The notes under the pieces are model-generated. The model was not told the origin of the DNA. It made no database searches and saw only the letters and a program-made list of their open reading frames with translations. Position numbers and translations under genes: made by a program. This document shows, piece by piece, positions 39,299-49,032 of a stretch of DNA of 64,000 nt. Every line of letters begins with the position of its first letter. Position 1 is the first letter of the stretch. Source of the stretch: Candidatus Omnitrophota bacterium (lineage in GTDB: Bacteria; Omnitrophota; Gorgyraeia; Zapsychrales; JANLHA01); the NCBI GenBank assembly GCA_038222225.1, contig JBBRHV010000005.1, positions 1,824 through 65,823 of the forward strand, in the 5' to 3' direction.

Positions 39299-40735
39299 GT
39301 GGATAGAAAAAATTTAAAACGAGTTGTTATTGAACCGGTGACCCGCGTTGAAGGTCACGGGAAGGTTTCAATTCTTCTTGATGAAAATGATATTGTTCAG
39401 CAGGCCAGACTTCATATTGTGGAATTCCGGGGGTTTGAGCGGTTTGTGAAAGGGCGTCCGTATTGGGAAGTTCCGGTCATGATCCAGCGTTTATGCGGGA
39501 TCTGTCCGGTCAGCCATCACCTGTGTGCGGCGAAGGCCATGGACCGCATTGTCGGCGGTGAGAATTTGACTCCGACGGCGGAAAAGATCCGGCGCTTGAT
39601 GCATTACGGCCAGACATTTCAATCGCATGCATTGCATTTTTTTCATTTGGTTTCACCTGATTTGCTGTTTGGATTTGAGGCTGATCCGGCGATCCGCAAT
39701 GTGATCGGCGTAGCCAAGAAGTTTCCGGAGTTGGCCGTTCAAGGCGTGATGATGCGCAAATACGGCCAGGAAATTATTAAAGCCACGGCAGGCAAAAAGA
39801 TCCACGGCACCGGGGCGGTTCCGGGTGGGGTCAATAAGAACTTGTCCATCTCCGAGCGCGATGCGCTTTTAAAGGATTTAGATCAAATGGTGATTTGGGC
39901 CAGAAGCGCTTTGAAGCTGGCTAAAGAATATACGGTAACAAATTTTGATAAAGTTAAGGATTTTGGTTCTTTTGATTCGAACCATTTAGGCCTTGTGCGT
40001 GAGGATGGATGTTTGGATTTATATAACGGAAATCTGCGTGCGGTGGATTCTCAAGGCAATACGATTTTTGATCAGGTCAATCCTTTGGATTATGCCGAGC
40101 ATTTGGCTGAAGAGGTCAAGGATTGGTCGTACATGAAGTTTCCGTTCATCAAAAAGATCGGTCCGGAAAACGGATGGTATCGAGTCGGACCGTTGGCGCG
40201 CATCAATATCTGTGATTTTATCGATACGCCGGAAGCGGAAAAAGAACGCCAGGAATTTAAAGCGTTGACCAACGGCAAACCGAACAATATCACGATGGCC
40301 TATCATTGGACGCGTATGATCGAAACACTGCATTCGATCGAAAAAATTAAAGAGCTTCTTCATGATCCGGATTTGCAGGGCACGGATCTGGTGGTTAAGG
40401 GCAAGCGCCGTGAAGAGACGGTCGCCATCCTCGAGGCTCCGAGAGGAACATTGTTCCATCATTATAAAGTGAACAAAGATGATCAGGTCGTGATGGCGAA
40501 TTTGATCGTTTCAACGACCAGCAATAATGAGCCGATGAACCGTGCGGTTCAGCGTGTGGCCAAAGATTCGCTGAACGGAAAAGTCATTACCGAAGGGCTT
40601 TTGAACCATATTGAAGTGGCTATCCGCGCTTATGATCCGTGCTTGTCATGCGCGACACATGCGCTTGGTCAGATGCCGCTGGTGGTCAGCCTGTTTGATC
40701 ATGAAGGCAATCTGCTTGATAAAAAGGTGAAGTAA
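39299..40735 (+). CDS. hoxH: Group 3d [NiFe]-hydrogenase large subunit HoxH
   Basis: TRVEGHG, L1 RLCGICPVSH, EAPRGTLFHHY, L2 YDPCLSCATH followed by a cleavable tail. Confidence 0.95.
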   Translation: MDRKNLKRVVIEPVTRVEGHGKVSILLDENDIVQQARLHIVEFRGFERFVKGRPYWEVPVMIQRLCGICPVSHHLCAAKAMDRIVGGENLTPTAEKIRRLMHYGQTFQSHALHFFHLVSPDLLFGFEADPAIRNVIGVAKKFPELAVQGVMMRKYGQEIIKATAGKKIHGTGAVPGGVNKNLSISERDALLKDLDQMVIWARSALKLAKEYTVTNFDKVKDFGSFDSNHLGLVREDGCLDLYNGNLRAVDSQGNTIFDQVNPLDYAEHLAEEVKDWSYMKFPFIKKIGPENGWYRVGPLARINICDFIDTPEAEKERQEFKALTNGKPNNITMAYHWTRMIETLHSIEKIKELLHDPDLQGTDLVVKGKRREETVAILEAPRGTLFHHYKVNKDDQVVMANLIVSTTSNNEPMNRAVQRVAKDSLNGKVITEGLLNHIEVAIRAYDPCLSCATHALGQMPLVVSLFDHEGNLLDKKVK

Positions 40736-40737
40736 TC

Positions 40738-41205
40738 ATGCCGGTGGGACAATCATCCAGAGTGCTGGTCATCGGCTTTGGAAATCCCGGAAGGCTGGAT
40801 GACGGTTTAGGCCCGGCCTTGGCAGCAGAGCTCGAGGTTTTAAATCTTTCTGATGTCACGGTAGACGCTAATTATCAGCTGACCGTTGAGGATTCCGATG
40901 CAGTTAAAGATCATGATGTGGTGATCTTTGCCGATGCATCGGTGGATTGCCGGGAGCCATTTGAATTTTATCCGATCCTTCCTGAGGCTAAAACGCACTT
41001 TTCAAGTCATTTCTTGGCGCCGGAAGACGTGTTGGGGCTGGCGCAGGACGCTTTTTCCGCCCGCACACGGGGTTTTGTGCTGGCGATCCGCGGTTATGAA
41101 TTTAATGAATTTGGTGAAAGGCTTTCACAGCAGGCAGCGACTAATCTACAGGCAGCAAAGCAGTTCTTAGTGGACCGTATTCAGAAACGGGATTTTGACA
41201 GCTAA
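40738..41205 (+). CDS. hoxW: Hydrogenase maturation protease HoxW
   Basis: VIGFGNPGRLDDGLG, QLTVE, FADAS, SSH; directly after hoxH. Confidence 0.88.
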   Translation: MPVGQSSRVLVIGFGNPGRLDDGLGPALAAELEVLNLSDVTVDANYQLTVEDSDAVKDHDVVIFADASVDCREPFEFYPILPEAKTHFSSHFLAPEDVLGLAQDAFSARTRGFVLAIRGYEFNEFGERLSQQAATNLQAAKQFLVDRIQKRDFDS

Positions 41206-41233
41206 CGGAAGAACTTTTCACAGGAGAATAATC

Positions 41234-41608
41234 ATGCAAGACGGAAAACATGTGATTTTGGTTATTGATGATGAGCAGGATATTTTAAAGGTCGTTCAGG
41301 CGTTTCTTGAAAATCACGGCTATTCTGTTTTAACAGCCAGCTCCGCCGAAGAAGGTGTAAAGATTTATAAAAAGGGGCACCCGGACCTGATCATCGTCGA
41401 TTTAATGATGGAAGAGGTTGATGCCGGGGTGAATTTTGTTAAAGAGGTAAAATTATTGGGAAATACAGCGTCGGTTTATCTTTTGAGCGGCGCAGGTGAT
41501 AGCATGGCGGATAGTATTGATTATGAGGCAATGGGCTTTAGCGGTGTTTTTCAAAAACCCATTGACCGCCAGCGCCTGTTGAGTACGATTCATTCAAAAT
41601 TATCCTAA
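41234..41608 (+). CDS. Single-domain response regulator (CheY-like receiver)
   Basis: ILVIDDE, DLIIVDLMM phosphoacceptor, LLSG, FQKP; 124 aa; SD AGGAG. Confidence 0.88.
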   Translation: MQDGKHVILVIDDEQDILKVVQAFLENHGYSVLTASSAEEGVKIYKKGHPDLIIVDLMMEEVDAGVNFVKEVKLLGNTASVYLLSGAGDSMADSIDYEAMGFSGVFQKPIDRQRLLSTIHSKLS

Positions 41609-41687
41609 GACTACGTCTGAGTATGAGAATGCCTTCCTTTGAAGCGCCATCCAATCGGACGCGCTGTTCTTCAATGGACATAATGCT

Positions 41688-43994
41688 ATGAAGGATCCTT
41701 TTGCCAATACAACGCGGTTGCGTATCCTGATCCGGGGGGCAGTTCAGGGCGTCGGATTCCGCCCGACGGTTTTTCGTTTGGCGAAAGAGCGCGGTCTTTT
41801 CGGTTGGGTGCGTAATACAACGCACGGTGTGATCATTGAAGCCGAAGGACCGGAAACAAAGTGCCGAGAATTTTTATCATCCCTTCATATCGAAAAACCT
41901 GTTCATGCATTCTTTCAAAGCCTCGAGGTGTCTTATCTGGATCCCGCAGGATATCAAGATTTCCAAATTCTGGAGAGTGAACCAGGGGAGCCGACAGCTC
42001 TGATTTTGCCTGACCTGGCGATGTGTCTGCAGTGCCGGGCCGATATTTCCGATCCCAAGAATAGTCGTTACCGTTATCCGTTCACTAATTGTACGCAATG
42101 CGGCCCGCGATACAGTATTATGGAAGCGCTTCCCTATGACCGCATCCACACAACAATGAAAAATTTTCAGATGTGTCCGCAGTGTGAAAACGAATATCAC
42201 GATCCGCATAACCGGCGCTTTCATGCCCAGCCTAACGCCTGTCCTGCTTGCGGACCTCAGGTTGAGCTTTGGGATTCGAAAGGAACTGTTCTTGAACGGA
42301 ACGATGCGGCGATAATGATGGCCGAGCATGAAATTTTGAAGGGGAAGATCGTTGCGCTAAAGGGGCTGGGAGGTTTCCAGCTAGCCGTCGATGCGCGCAA
42401 TGCAGAAGCGGTCAAGCGGCTGCGACAGCGCAAACACCGTTCGGCAAAGCCCTTTGCGGTGATGTTCCCGGATTTAAAATCTGTTGAGCGGGAGTGTCAT
42501 GTTTCTGATGAAGAGAAACGTCTTTTGACTTCGGGAGCCGCTCCGATTGTTTTATTGGAAAAACGCGCTGCCTGCGTTTGTAAAGAGGCGGCCCCAGGCA
42601 ATCCTTATCTCGGCGTGATGCTCCCCTATACGCCGCTGCATCATCTTGTGATGTCTGATCTGCAAATCCCGGTTGTTATGACCAGCGGAAATGTTTCGGA
42701 GGATCCGATGTGCATCGATGAACAGCAGGCGTTGGAGGACTTAAAAAATATTGCCGAGGCGTTTCTTGTTCACAACCGTCCGATCGCGCGCGCGGTGGAT
42801 GATTCCGTCGCTCGCATTGTTTTAAATCGGGAATTGATTTTGCGCCGGGCGCGAGGGTATGCCCCATTGCCGATCCTGATTCGGTCTGATGGAAATGACT
42901 TTGACGCGGTTGCGGTCGGCGCGCATTTAAAAAATGCAGTCGCCGTTAAGAAGGGAAAAAATATTTTTTTGAGTCAGCATATTGGAGATCTTGAGACGGA
43001 ACCTTCTTATGAGGCTTTTGTGCGCACGATCACCGATTTGAAGACCATGTATGCTGTTAAGCCACAAGCGGTTTTCTGTGACCGTCATCCGGATTATTTA
43101 TCGACTCAATATGCCCGCAAACAGCAGGCGGCGCCGATCGAGATTCAGCATCACGTGGCGCATGTTTTTTCCTGCATGGCGGAAAACGATCTTACCGCCC
43201 CCGTGTTGGGCGTGGCCTGGGACGGCACCGGATATGGCTTGGACAACACGGTGTGGGGCGGAGAGTTTTTTGAGATTCAAGAGAAAAGCATAACGCGGAC
43301 GGCGTCGTTGCGGCCTTTTCCGCTTCCCGGCGGGGAAAAAGCGGTTCTTGAGCCGCGCCGTTGCGCGCTCGGTCTGTTATACGAGTCATCACGCGGGCAT
43401 GTGGAGTATTACCAGGATATGGAATTTTTAAAATGTTTTTCTGAAACAGAGCTGAAGAATCTCATTCAAATTCTGCGCAATCAAAAGCAGTCTCCTTTTA
43501 CCTCAAGCGTGGGGCGCCTTTTTGATGCGGTGGCATCGTTTGTGGGCATCCGGCAGGTTTTGGAATTTGAAGGGCAGGCGGCGATGGAGGTTGAGTTTGC
43601 GGCAGAGAGAGCGCATTCTGAAAATTACTATCAATATGAGCTGACGGAGAAGGATCAACGGGACAGTCCGTATTCGGCGCAGCGGCAGGTGGATATTGCG
43701 TTGATCGATGCGGTTTCCTCTGATTTAAAAAATGGTGTGGCAACAGATGAGATCTGCGGCCGTTTTCATAACACATTGGTAGAGGCGCTGGTTTCGGTGG
43801 CAAGGCGCGCAAAGATTTCGAAAGTCGTTTTAAGCGGAGGCTGTTTTCAGAACCGCTACCTTTTGGAACGGGCGGTCCGGCGTTTAAAGGAGGATGGTTT
43901 TCATCCCTATTGGCATCAGCGCATTCCGCCCAACGACGGCGGGATCGCGCTTGGCCAGATCGCGGCGGGCTTGGGACAACGGCAATGGGTGTGA
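41688..43994 (+). CDS. hypF: Carbamoyltransferase HypF
   Basis: GAVQGVGFRP acylphosphatase domain, CxxC zinc fingers, RRFHAQPNACPACGP, QHHVAH, DGTGYG, PPNDGGIALGQ. Confidence 0.97.
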   Translation: MKDPFANTTRLRILIRGAVQGVGFRPTVFRLAKERGLFGWVRNTTHGVIIEAEGPETKCREFLSSLHIEKPVHAFFQSLEVSYLDPAGYQDFQILESEPGEPTALILPDLAMCLQCRADISDPKNSRYRYPFTNCTQCGPRYSIMEALPYDRIHTTMKNFQMCPQCENEYHDPHNRRFHAQPNACPACGPQVELWDSKGTVLERNDAAIMMAEHEILKGKIVALKGLGGFQLAVDARNAEAVKRLRQRKHRSAKPFAVMFPDLKSVERECHVSDEEKRLLTSGAAPIVLLEKRAACVCKEAAPGNPYLGVMLPYTPLHHLVMSDLQIPVVMTSGNVSEDPMCIDEQQALEDLKNIAEAFLVHNRPIARAVDDSVARIVLNRELILRRARGYAPLPILIRSDGNDFDAVAVGAHLKNAVAVKKGKNIFLSQHIGDLETEPSYEAFVRTITDLKTMYAVKPQAVFCDRHPDYLSTQYARKQQAAPIEIQHHVAHVFSCMAENDLTAPVLGVAWDGTGYGLDNTVWGGEFFEIQEKSITRTASLRPFPLPGGEKAVLEPRRCALGLLYESSRGHVEYYQDMEFLKCFSETELKNLIQILRNQKQSPFTSSVGRLFDAVASFVGIRQVLEFEGQAAMEVEFAAERAHSENYYQYELTEKDQRDSPYSAQRQVDIALIDAVSSDLKNGVATDEICGRFHNTLVEALVSVARRAKISKVVLSGGCFQNRYLLERAVRRLKEDGFHPYWHQRIPPNDGGIALGQIAAGLGQRQWV

Positions 43995-44038
43995 TATAAT
44001 GCCGTTTTACAGGTGGCATTTTAAAAAGAGGGTGTGGA

Positions 44039-44284
44039 ATGTGTTTAGCGGTTCCCGGAAAAATTGTAGAGATCATCAATGACGATCCGCTGGAGCGCTC
44101 CGGAAAGGTCAGCTTCGGCGGCATTACCCGTGAAGTCAATTTGGCCTGTGTTCCTGAGGCCAACCCCGGCGAGTATGTTATTGTCCATGTTGGCATGGCC
44201 TTAAGCGTGGTTGATGAAGCGGAAGCACAGCAGATGTTAGAGTATATTCAGTCGGAAGACGACCTTCGCAAAGAGGGACTATGA
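44039..44284 (+). CDS. hypC: Hydrogenase assembly chaperone HypC
   Basis: MCLAVPGK N-terminus, YVIVHVG. Confidence 0.96.
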   Translation: MCLAVPGKIVEIINDDPLERSGKVSFGGITREVNLACVPEANPGEYVIVHVGMALSVVDEAEAQQMLEYIQSEDDLRKEGL

Positions 44285-45369
44285 AATATATTGATGAATA
44301 TCGAGATGCGGGGCTTGTGAAGACTCTGGCCGAAAAGGTGAGGCGCGTTGTGACGCGGCCATGGACGATCATGGAAGTTTGCGGCGGGCAGACGCATGCC
44401 ATTATCAAGTTCGGCATTGATCAGATTTTGCCTAAAGAAATCACGCTGGTTCACGGCCCCGGATGCCCGGTGTGCGTGACATCCGTTGAGGCCATTGATC
44501 AGGCGGTGTTTATCGCAGCCCAGCCCAATGTGATTTTTTGTTCGTTCGGTGACATGTTGAGGGTTCCGGGAACAAAAAAAGATTTGTTGACCGTTAAAGC
44601 TGAGGGCGGGGATGTGCGCAGCGTGTATTCTCCGATGGACGCGGTCGCAATCGCTCAAAAAAATCCAGAGCGCCACGTTGTTTTTTTTGCTGTTGGATTT
44701 GAAACAACCGCTCCGGCCAACGCCAGCGCTATTCATTATGCGCAGGTGCATCAGGTGACAAATATGTCGTTTTTAGTTTCGCATGTTTTGGTTCCGCCGG
44801 TGATCGAGGCGGTTGTTTCATCAAAGAACAATCATATTCAGGGATTTCTGGCCGCTGGACATGTCTGCACGGTGATGGGCTATCATCAATACGAGCGTTT
44901 GGCGAGAGATTATCACATTCCGATCGTGGTGACCGGGTTTGAGCCGCTGGATATTCTGCAGGGGGTTCTGGCGTGCGTGACCCAGCTTGAGAAGGGGGAG
45001 ACGCGTGTTGAAAATGAATATGCCCGTGTTGTGCGCGCCGAAGGAAATCTGCTCGCGCAGGAGATCATGAAAAAAGTGTTTCAGCTTTCCGATCAGAAAT
45101 GGCGGGGGTTGGGAGTTATTCCCGATAGCGGTTTAAAATTGGCAGACAGTTATAACGCGTATGACGCACAAGTTGTGTTTGATGTCAGTCATATTCAGGC
45201 GGAGGAAAATCCGGAGTGTCAGGCAGGCCAGATTCTGCAGGGCTTGAAGAAGTCGGTGGAATGTCCGGCTTTTGGAACGCGTTGCACACCCGAGCATCCG
45301 TTGGGCGCGCCGATGGTGTCTTCCGAAGGCGCCTGCGCGGCGTATTATAAATACAGGAAAAGACACTAA
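44281..45369 (+). CDS. hypD: Hydrogenase formation protein HypD
   Basis: [40 protein letters not shown]. Confidence 0.97.
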   Translation: MKYIDEYRDAGLVKTLAEKVRRVVTRPWTIMEVCGGQTHAIIKFGIDQILPKEITLVHGPGCPVCVTSVEAIDQAVFIAAQPNVIFCSFGDMLRVPGTKKDLLTVKAEGGDVRSVYSPMDAVAIAQKNPERHVVFFAVGFETTAPANASAIHYAQVHQVTNMSFLVSHVLVPPVIEAVVSSKNNHIQGFLAAGHVCTVMGYHQYERLARDYHIPIVVTGFEPLDILQGVLACVTQLEKGETRVENEYARVVRAEGNLLAQEIMKKVFQLSDQKWRGLGVIPDSGLKLADSYNAYDAQVVFDVSHIQAEENPECQAGQILQGLKKSVECPAFGTRCTPEHPLGAPMVSSEGACAAYYKYRKRH

Positions 45370-45508
45370 GACACCGGGCAGTTTCTAGTGTTATAGTGTC
45401 TTAGCCCTGCGGAATTCGCAGAATTCCCGGGATTGGTCTCCCACGCAAAATAAAATTTTGAATGGGACATTATCTTGGCAAATCTGTGATTTGCTCAAGG
45501 CTAAGACA
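45361..45508. repeat. Composite palindromic element in the hypD-hypE spacer
   Basis: CTAAGACAC 45366-45374 pairs with GTGTCTTAG 45396-45404 (same octamer family as 27686-27957). TGTCTTAGCC 45397-45406 / GGCTAAGACA 45499-45508 enclose TCCCA..CAAAAT-AAA-ATTTTG..TGGGA. Confidence 0.65.
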
Positions 45509-45558
45509 AGCTTTCAGTTTGTGTAGGATATCCTGGTGTCTTTTATAAGGAAACACAA

Positions 45559-46593
45559 ATGTTTAATTGTCCGATCCCGAAATCTGATCACGAAAAAATT
45601 TTACTTGGCCATGGTAGCGGCGGAGTCTTGATGCATCAGCTGATTGAAAAAGTTTTTAAAAAGACTTTTGAGAATCCGCTGCTTGCTCAAAATCATGACA
45701 GCACAGTTCTGGACTTTTCTGGAGCAAGGCTGGCCGTCACCACGGATTCCTATGTTATTCATCCGTTGTTTTTTCCCGGCGGGGATATTGGTTCCTTGGC
45801 GGTGCACGGGACAGTGAACGATCTGGCCATGTCCGGCGCCAAGCCGCTGTATCTGACGGTGGGATTTATTTTGGAAGAAGGGTTTGCGGTCGAAGATTTG
45901 CGGCGCATTGTTCAGTCCATGCAGAACGCAGCAGAGGAATCCAATATTCAGATCATTGCCGGCGACACCAAGGTCGTGGATCGCGGCAAAGGCGACGGGG
46001 TCTTTATTAACACAACCGGTATCGGAGTTGTTGAGCATGCCTTAAATATTTCTCCGCGCAGCGTTCAGCCTGGGGATGCGATCATTTTAAGTGGGGATAT
46101 CGGTCGGCACGGCATTGCGATCATGGCCCAACGGGAAGGTTTGCAGTTTGAATCCACCATTGAGAGTGATTCGGCATCTTTGTCAGCCATGATTCTTCCG
46201 CTTTTTCAAAAAAAGATTGATGTTCATTGTTTGCGTGATTTAACCCGTGGCGGGCTGGCCACCGCACTTAATGAGATCGCGCAAGATTCAGGTTTTCACA
46301 TCACGATTGAAGAGAACGAAATCCGCGTGGAGGAACAGGTCCGCGGCGCATGTGAGATCTTAGGCCTGGATCCGCTTTATGTCGCTAACGAAGGGCGCTG
46401 CATTGTTTTTGTTCCGGCTGAGCAGGCCGCAGAGACGCTTTCCACTTTAAGGGAGCATCAGCAAGGCCGGCAGGCGGTCGCGATCGGCTGTGTCTCTGAG
46501 ATACAAGACAAGCGGGTGACTTTAAAAAGTTCGCTAGGCACGGTCCGCATTATTGATATGCTTTCCGGCGAACAGCTTCCGCGGATTTGCTGA
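45559..46593 (+). CDS. hypE: Hydrogenase carbamoyl dehydratase HypE
   Basis: [38 protein letters not shown]-terminal LPRIC. Confidence 0.97.
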   Translation: MFNCPIPKSDHEKILLGHGSGGVLMHQLIEKVFKKTFENPLLAQNHDSTVLDFSGARLAVTTDSYVIHPLFFPGGDIGSLAVHGTVNDLAMSGAKPLYLTVGFILEEGFAVEDLRRIVQSMQNAAEESNIQIIAGDTKVVDRGKGDGVFINTTGIGVVEHALNISPRSVQPGDAIILSGDIGRHGIAIMAQREGLQFESTIESDSASLSAMILPLFQKKIDVHCLRDLTRGGLATALNEIAQDSGFHITIEENEIRVEEQVRGACEILGLDPLYVANEGRCIVFVPAEQAAETLSTLREHQQGRQAVAIGCVSEIQDKRVTLKSSLGTVRIIDMLSGEQLPRIC

Positions 46594-46618
46594 TTCAAAG
46601 GGCGCTGGTTTTTTATAC

Positions 46619-46646
46619 TTGACAAATGCAAAGAAAATTGTATACT
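46619..46646 (+). promoter_or_regulatory. sigma70-type promoter of the Rrf2-cys-hem-sir operon
   Basis: TTGACA (46619-46624), 16-nt spacer, TATACT (46641-46646). Confidence 0.7.
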
Positions 46647-46691
46647 TTAGCTAGTTAATCAACTTAGTCTGGATTTTGTTGGGGAGGTAGC

Positions 46692-47114
46692 ATGCGTATT
46701 TCTGCCAAATGTGATTATGCCTGCCGGGCTTTGCTGGAGCTTTCTTTGCATTGGCCTAAAAAAGAGCCGTTGCAACTTCAGAATATTTCCGGTAAGCAAA
46801 ATATTCCGGTCAAATATCTGGTTCAGATCTTTATTCAGCTCAAAAGAGACGGGCTTGTCGTAAGCTCCAGAGGAAAAGACGGAGGATATCTTTTAGGAAA
46901 AACGCCGGACGCGATAAGCTTGGGTGACGTTATGCGATGTATGGGAGGAGCGCTTTTATCGAGATCCGATGCTTTAAGGAAAGAACCGTCTGTTTTTAGT
47001 GGGGTATGGGATCAGCTTGAAGGAGCAATGACCACAGTGGTTGATCATGTCACATTTGAAGATATTTGTGCAAAAAGCCAAGAGAAAGATAAAATTTTAA
47101 TTTTTCAGATATAA
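46692..47114 (+). CDS. Rrf2 family regulator, CymR-like
   Basis: MRISAKCDYACRALLEL, YLVQI, SSRGKDGGYLL; lacks the IscR Cys triad; C-terminal IFQI resembles the CymR tail; heads the cys operon. Confidence 0.88.
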   Translation: MRISAKCDYACRALLELSLHWPKKEPLQLQNISGKQNIPVKYLVQIFIQLKRDGLVVSSRGKDGGYLLGKTPDAISLGDVMRCMGGALLSRSDALRKEPSVFSGVWDQLEGAMTTVVDHVTFEDICAKSQEKDKILIFQI

Positions 47115-47169
47115 AAAAATTTTAACTTTAATATTACTAAAATAGTCAACAAGATAAGGTAGGTGGAAA

Positions 47170-47391
47170 TTGGAAAATAAAATGCGCGCTTTGGCTAAAG
47201 CCATTACTTGGAGATTATTTGGGTTTATCTCAACTATCGTGATTGTTTATATATATAGCAAGAACATAAAAGAAGCATTGATGGTTGGCGTAGGAGTCGA
47301 TGGTGTAAAGGTGGTTTTGTATTATGTTCATGAGCGTATTTGGAATCGAGTCAATTTTGGAAGAAAAATTATACCAGAATTCAATATTTAA
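47170..47391 (+). CDS. DUF2061-like small membrane protein
   Basis: RALAKAITWR...K..LYYVHERIWN..FG signature; TTG start after SD AGGTGG. Confidence 0.8.
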   Translation: MENKMRALAKAITWRLFGFISTIVIVYIYSKNIKEALMVGVGVDGVKVVLYYVHERIWNRVNFGRKIIPEFNI

Positions 47392-47417
47392 GAAATTTAA
47401 AATAGGATTTTAGAGTT

Positions 47418-48149
47418 ATGAAAAAGGAAAACTTTTTAGAAATTAACAGAGATTTTTCACAGCTGAGCCCAGAAGAAGTTCTTTCATGGGCGTTATCGAA
47501 ATTTGACAAGGAGCGTTTGGCGTTTTCCTCAAGCATGGGGGCGGAAGATCAGGTAATCACGCACATGCTTAAGACCATGGGTTTGAGCATATCAATTTTT
47601 ACAATTGATACAGGGCGCTTATATCCAGAAACGTATGATCTTATTAAGAGAACAGAACAAAAATATGGTTTTCGTTACGATATTTTAGAACCAGAACAAA
47701 CAAAAGTTAATGGCATGGTTTCTGAACATGGGGAAAATTTATTTTATGAAAGTTTAGAATTAAGAAAAATGTGCTGTCATGTAAGAAAACTGGAGCCTCT
47801 TCGCAAAAAAATGTTTACGCTTGATGCCTGGATTTGCGGATTAAGGAAAGAACAATCCGTCACAAGGGCTGAGATTGGAAAAATTGAATGGGACGAAACA
47901 TTTGGAGTTGTTAAAATCAATCCGCTTACGGATTGGACAGAAGATCAGGTTTGGTCTTATATTCGAAAGAACAATATCCCGTATCACGCACTTCATGACA
48001 GCGGATATCCCAGTATCGGATGTGCGCCGTGTACCCGGGCCATTCAGCCTGGTGAAGATGTCAGGGCAGGACGCTGGTGGTGGGAAAATCCCCAGAACCG
48101 TGAATGCGGTTTGCATAGGGGGCCTAAGAAAAAAGGAAATTTGCAATGA
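47418..48149 (+). CDS. cysH: Adenylylsulfate (APS) reductase, thioredoxin-dependent, 4Fe-4S type
   Basis: [36 protein letters not shown]. The CC...CxxC ligands mark the APS-specific form. Confidence 0.93.
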   Translation: MKKENFLEINRDFSQLSPEEVLSWALSKFDKERLAFSSSMGAEDQVITHMLKTMGLSISIFTIDTGRLYPETYDLIKRTEQKYGFRYDILEPEQTKVNGMVSEHGENLFYESLELRKMCCHVRKLEPLRKKMFTLDAWICGLRKEQSVTRAEIGKIEWDETFGVVKINPLTDWTEDQVWSYIRKNNIPYHALHDSGYPSIGCAPCTRAIQPGEDVRAGRWWWENPQNRECGLHRGPKKKGNLQ

Positions 48150-49030
48150 TGGACACATTAGCGCGCCTTGAAGCAAAAAGTGTTTATATTCTCCGTGAGG
48201 CCTATCGCGAGTTTAAACAGCTGGCCATGTTATGGTCAGTTGGGAAAGACAGCACCGTCCTGTTATGGTTGACGCGTAAAGCTTTTTTTGGGCATGTTCC
48301 TATGCCATTGGTCCATATTGATACGCATTTTAAAATTCCAGAAATGATTGCTTACCGGGACCGCTTGGCCGCCGAATGGCATCTGAATTTGATTTACGGA
48401 GAGAACGCCGAGGCCTTGGCGAATAAGGAGACGTTTCCCGACGGCAACGTAGATCGTTTGACCTGCTGCCGGAAATTGAAAAGCGAAGCCCTTAAAAAAA
48501 CAATTTCCGGAGAATGGCCGCGTTATCGTTTTGATCATAGTCTTGGAAAATATGTGCAGGACGCCAATACGGAAGGGTATACTGGCGTTATTGTCGGCGC
48601 ACGCGCAGATGAAGAAGGGAGCCGGTCTAAGGAGCGGTATTTTTCTCCACGCGACCGGCAGAGCGACTGGGATGTGGCGGGTCAGCCGCCGGAACTTTGG
48701 AATCAATTTAAGACTGATTTTGCGCCGGGCACGCATGTTCGGATTCATCCTCTTTTAGATTGGACAGAGCTGAATATTTGGGAATATATTCAGAGAGAAA
48801 ACATCCCGATCATTGATCTTTATTTTGACAAAGGAAAAGGCTTGCGGTATCGTTCTTTAGGCTGTGCCCCTTGCACGGGGACGGTTGTTTCGTCAGCCAA
48901 AAATGTCGCTGAGATTATTGAGGAACTTAAGAACGGAAAATTTGTAAATATTGCTGAACGTAGCGGCCGCGCTCAAGATAAAGAAGACGGCGGTGGATTA
49001 GAAACATTGCGTCGAGAGGGGTATATGTAA
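48146..49030 (+). CDS. cysD: Sulfate adenylyltransferase subunit 2
   Basis: [44 protein letters not shown]-terminal REGYM. Confidence 0.95.
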   Translation: MMDTLARLEAKSVYILREAYREFKQLAMLWSVGKDSTVLLWLTRKAFFGHVPMPLVHIDTHFKIPEMIAYRDRLAAEWHLNLIYGENAEALANKETFPDGNVDRLTCCRKLKSEALKKTISGEWPRYRFDHSLGKYVQDANTEGYTGVIVGARADEEGSRSKERYFSPRDRQSDWDVAGQPPELWNQFKTDFAPGTHVRIHPLLDWTELNIWEYIQRENIPIIDLYFDKGKGLRYRSLGCAPCTGTVVSSAKNVAEIIEELKNGKFVNIAERSGRAQDKEDGGGLETLRREGYM

Positions 49031-49032
49031 TC

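Noticed and set aside
39299-40735. [NiFeSe] hydrogenase or selenocysteine recoding
   Set aside because: Both CxxC motifs are Cys-encoded and the frame has no internal TGA.
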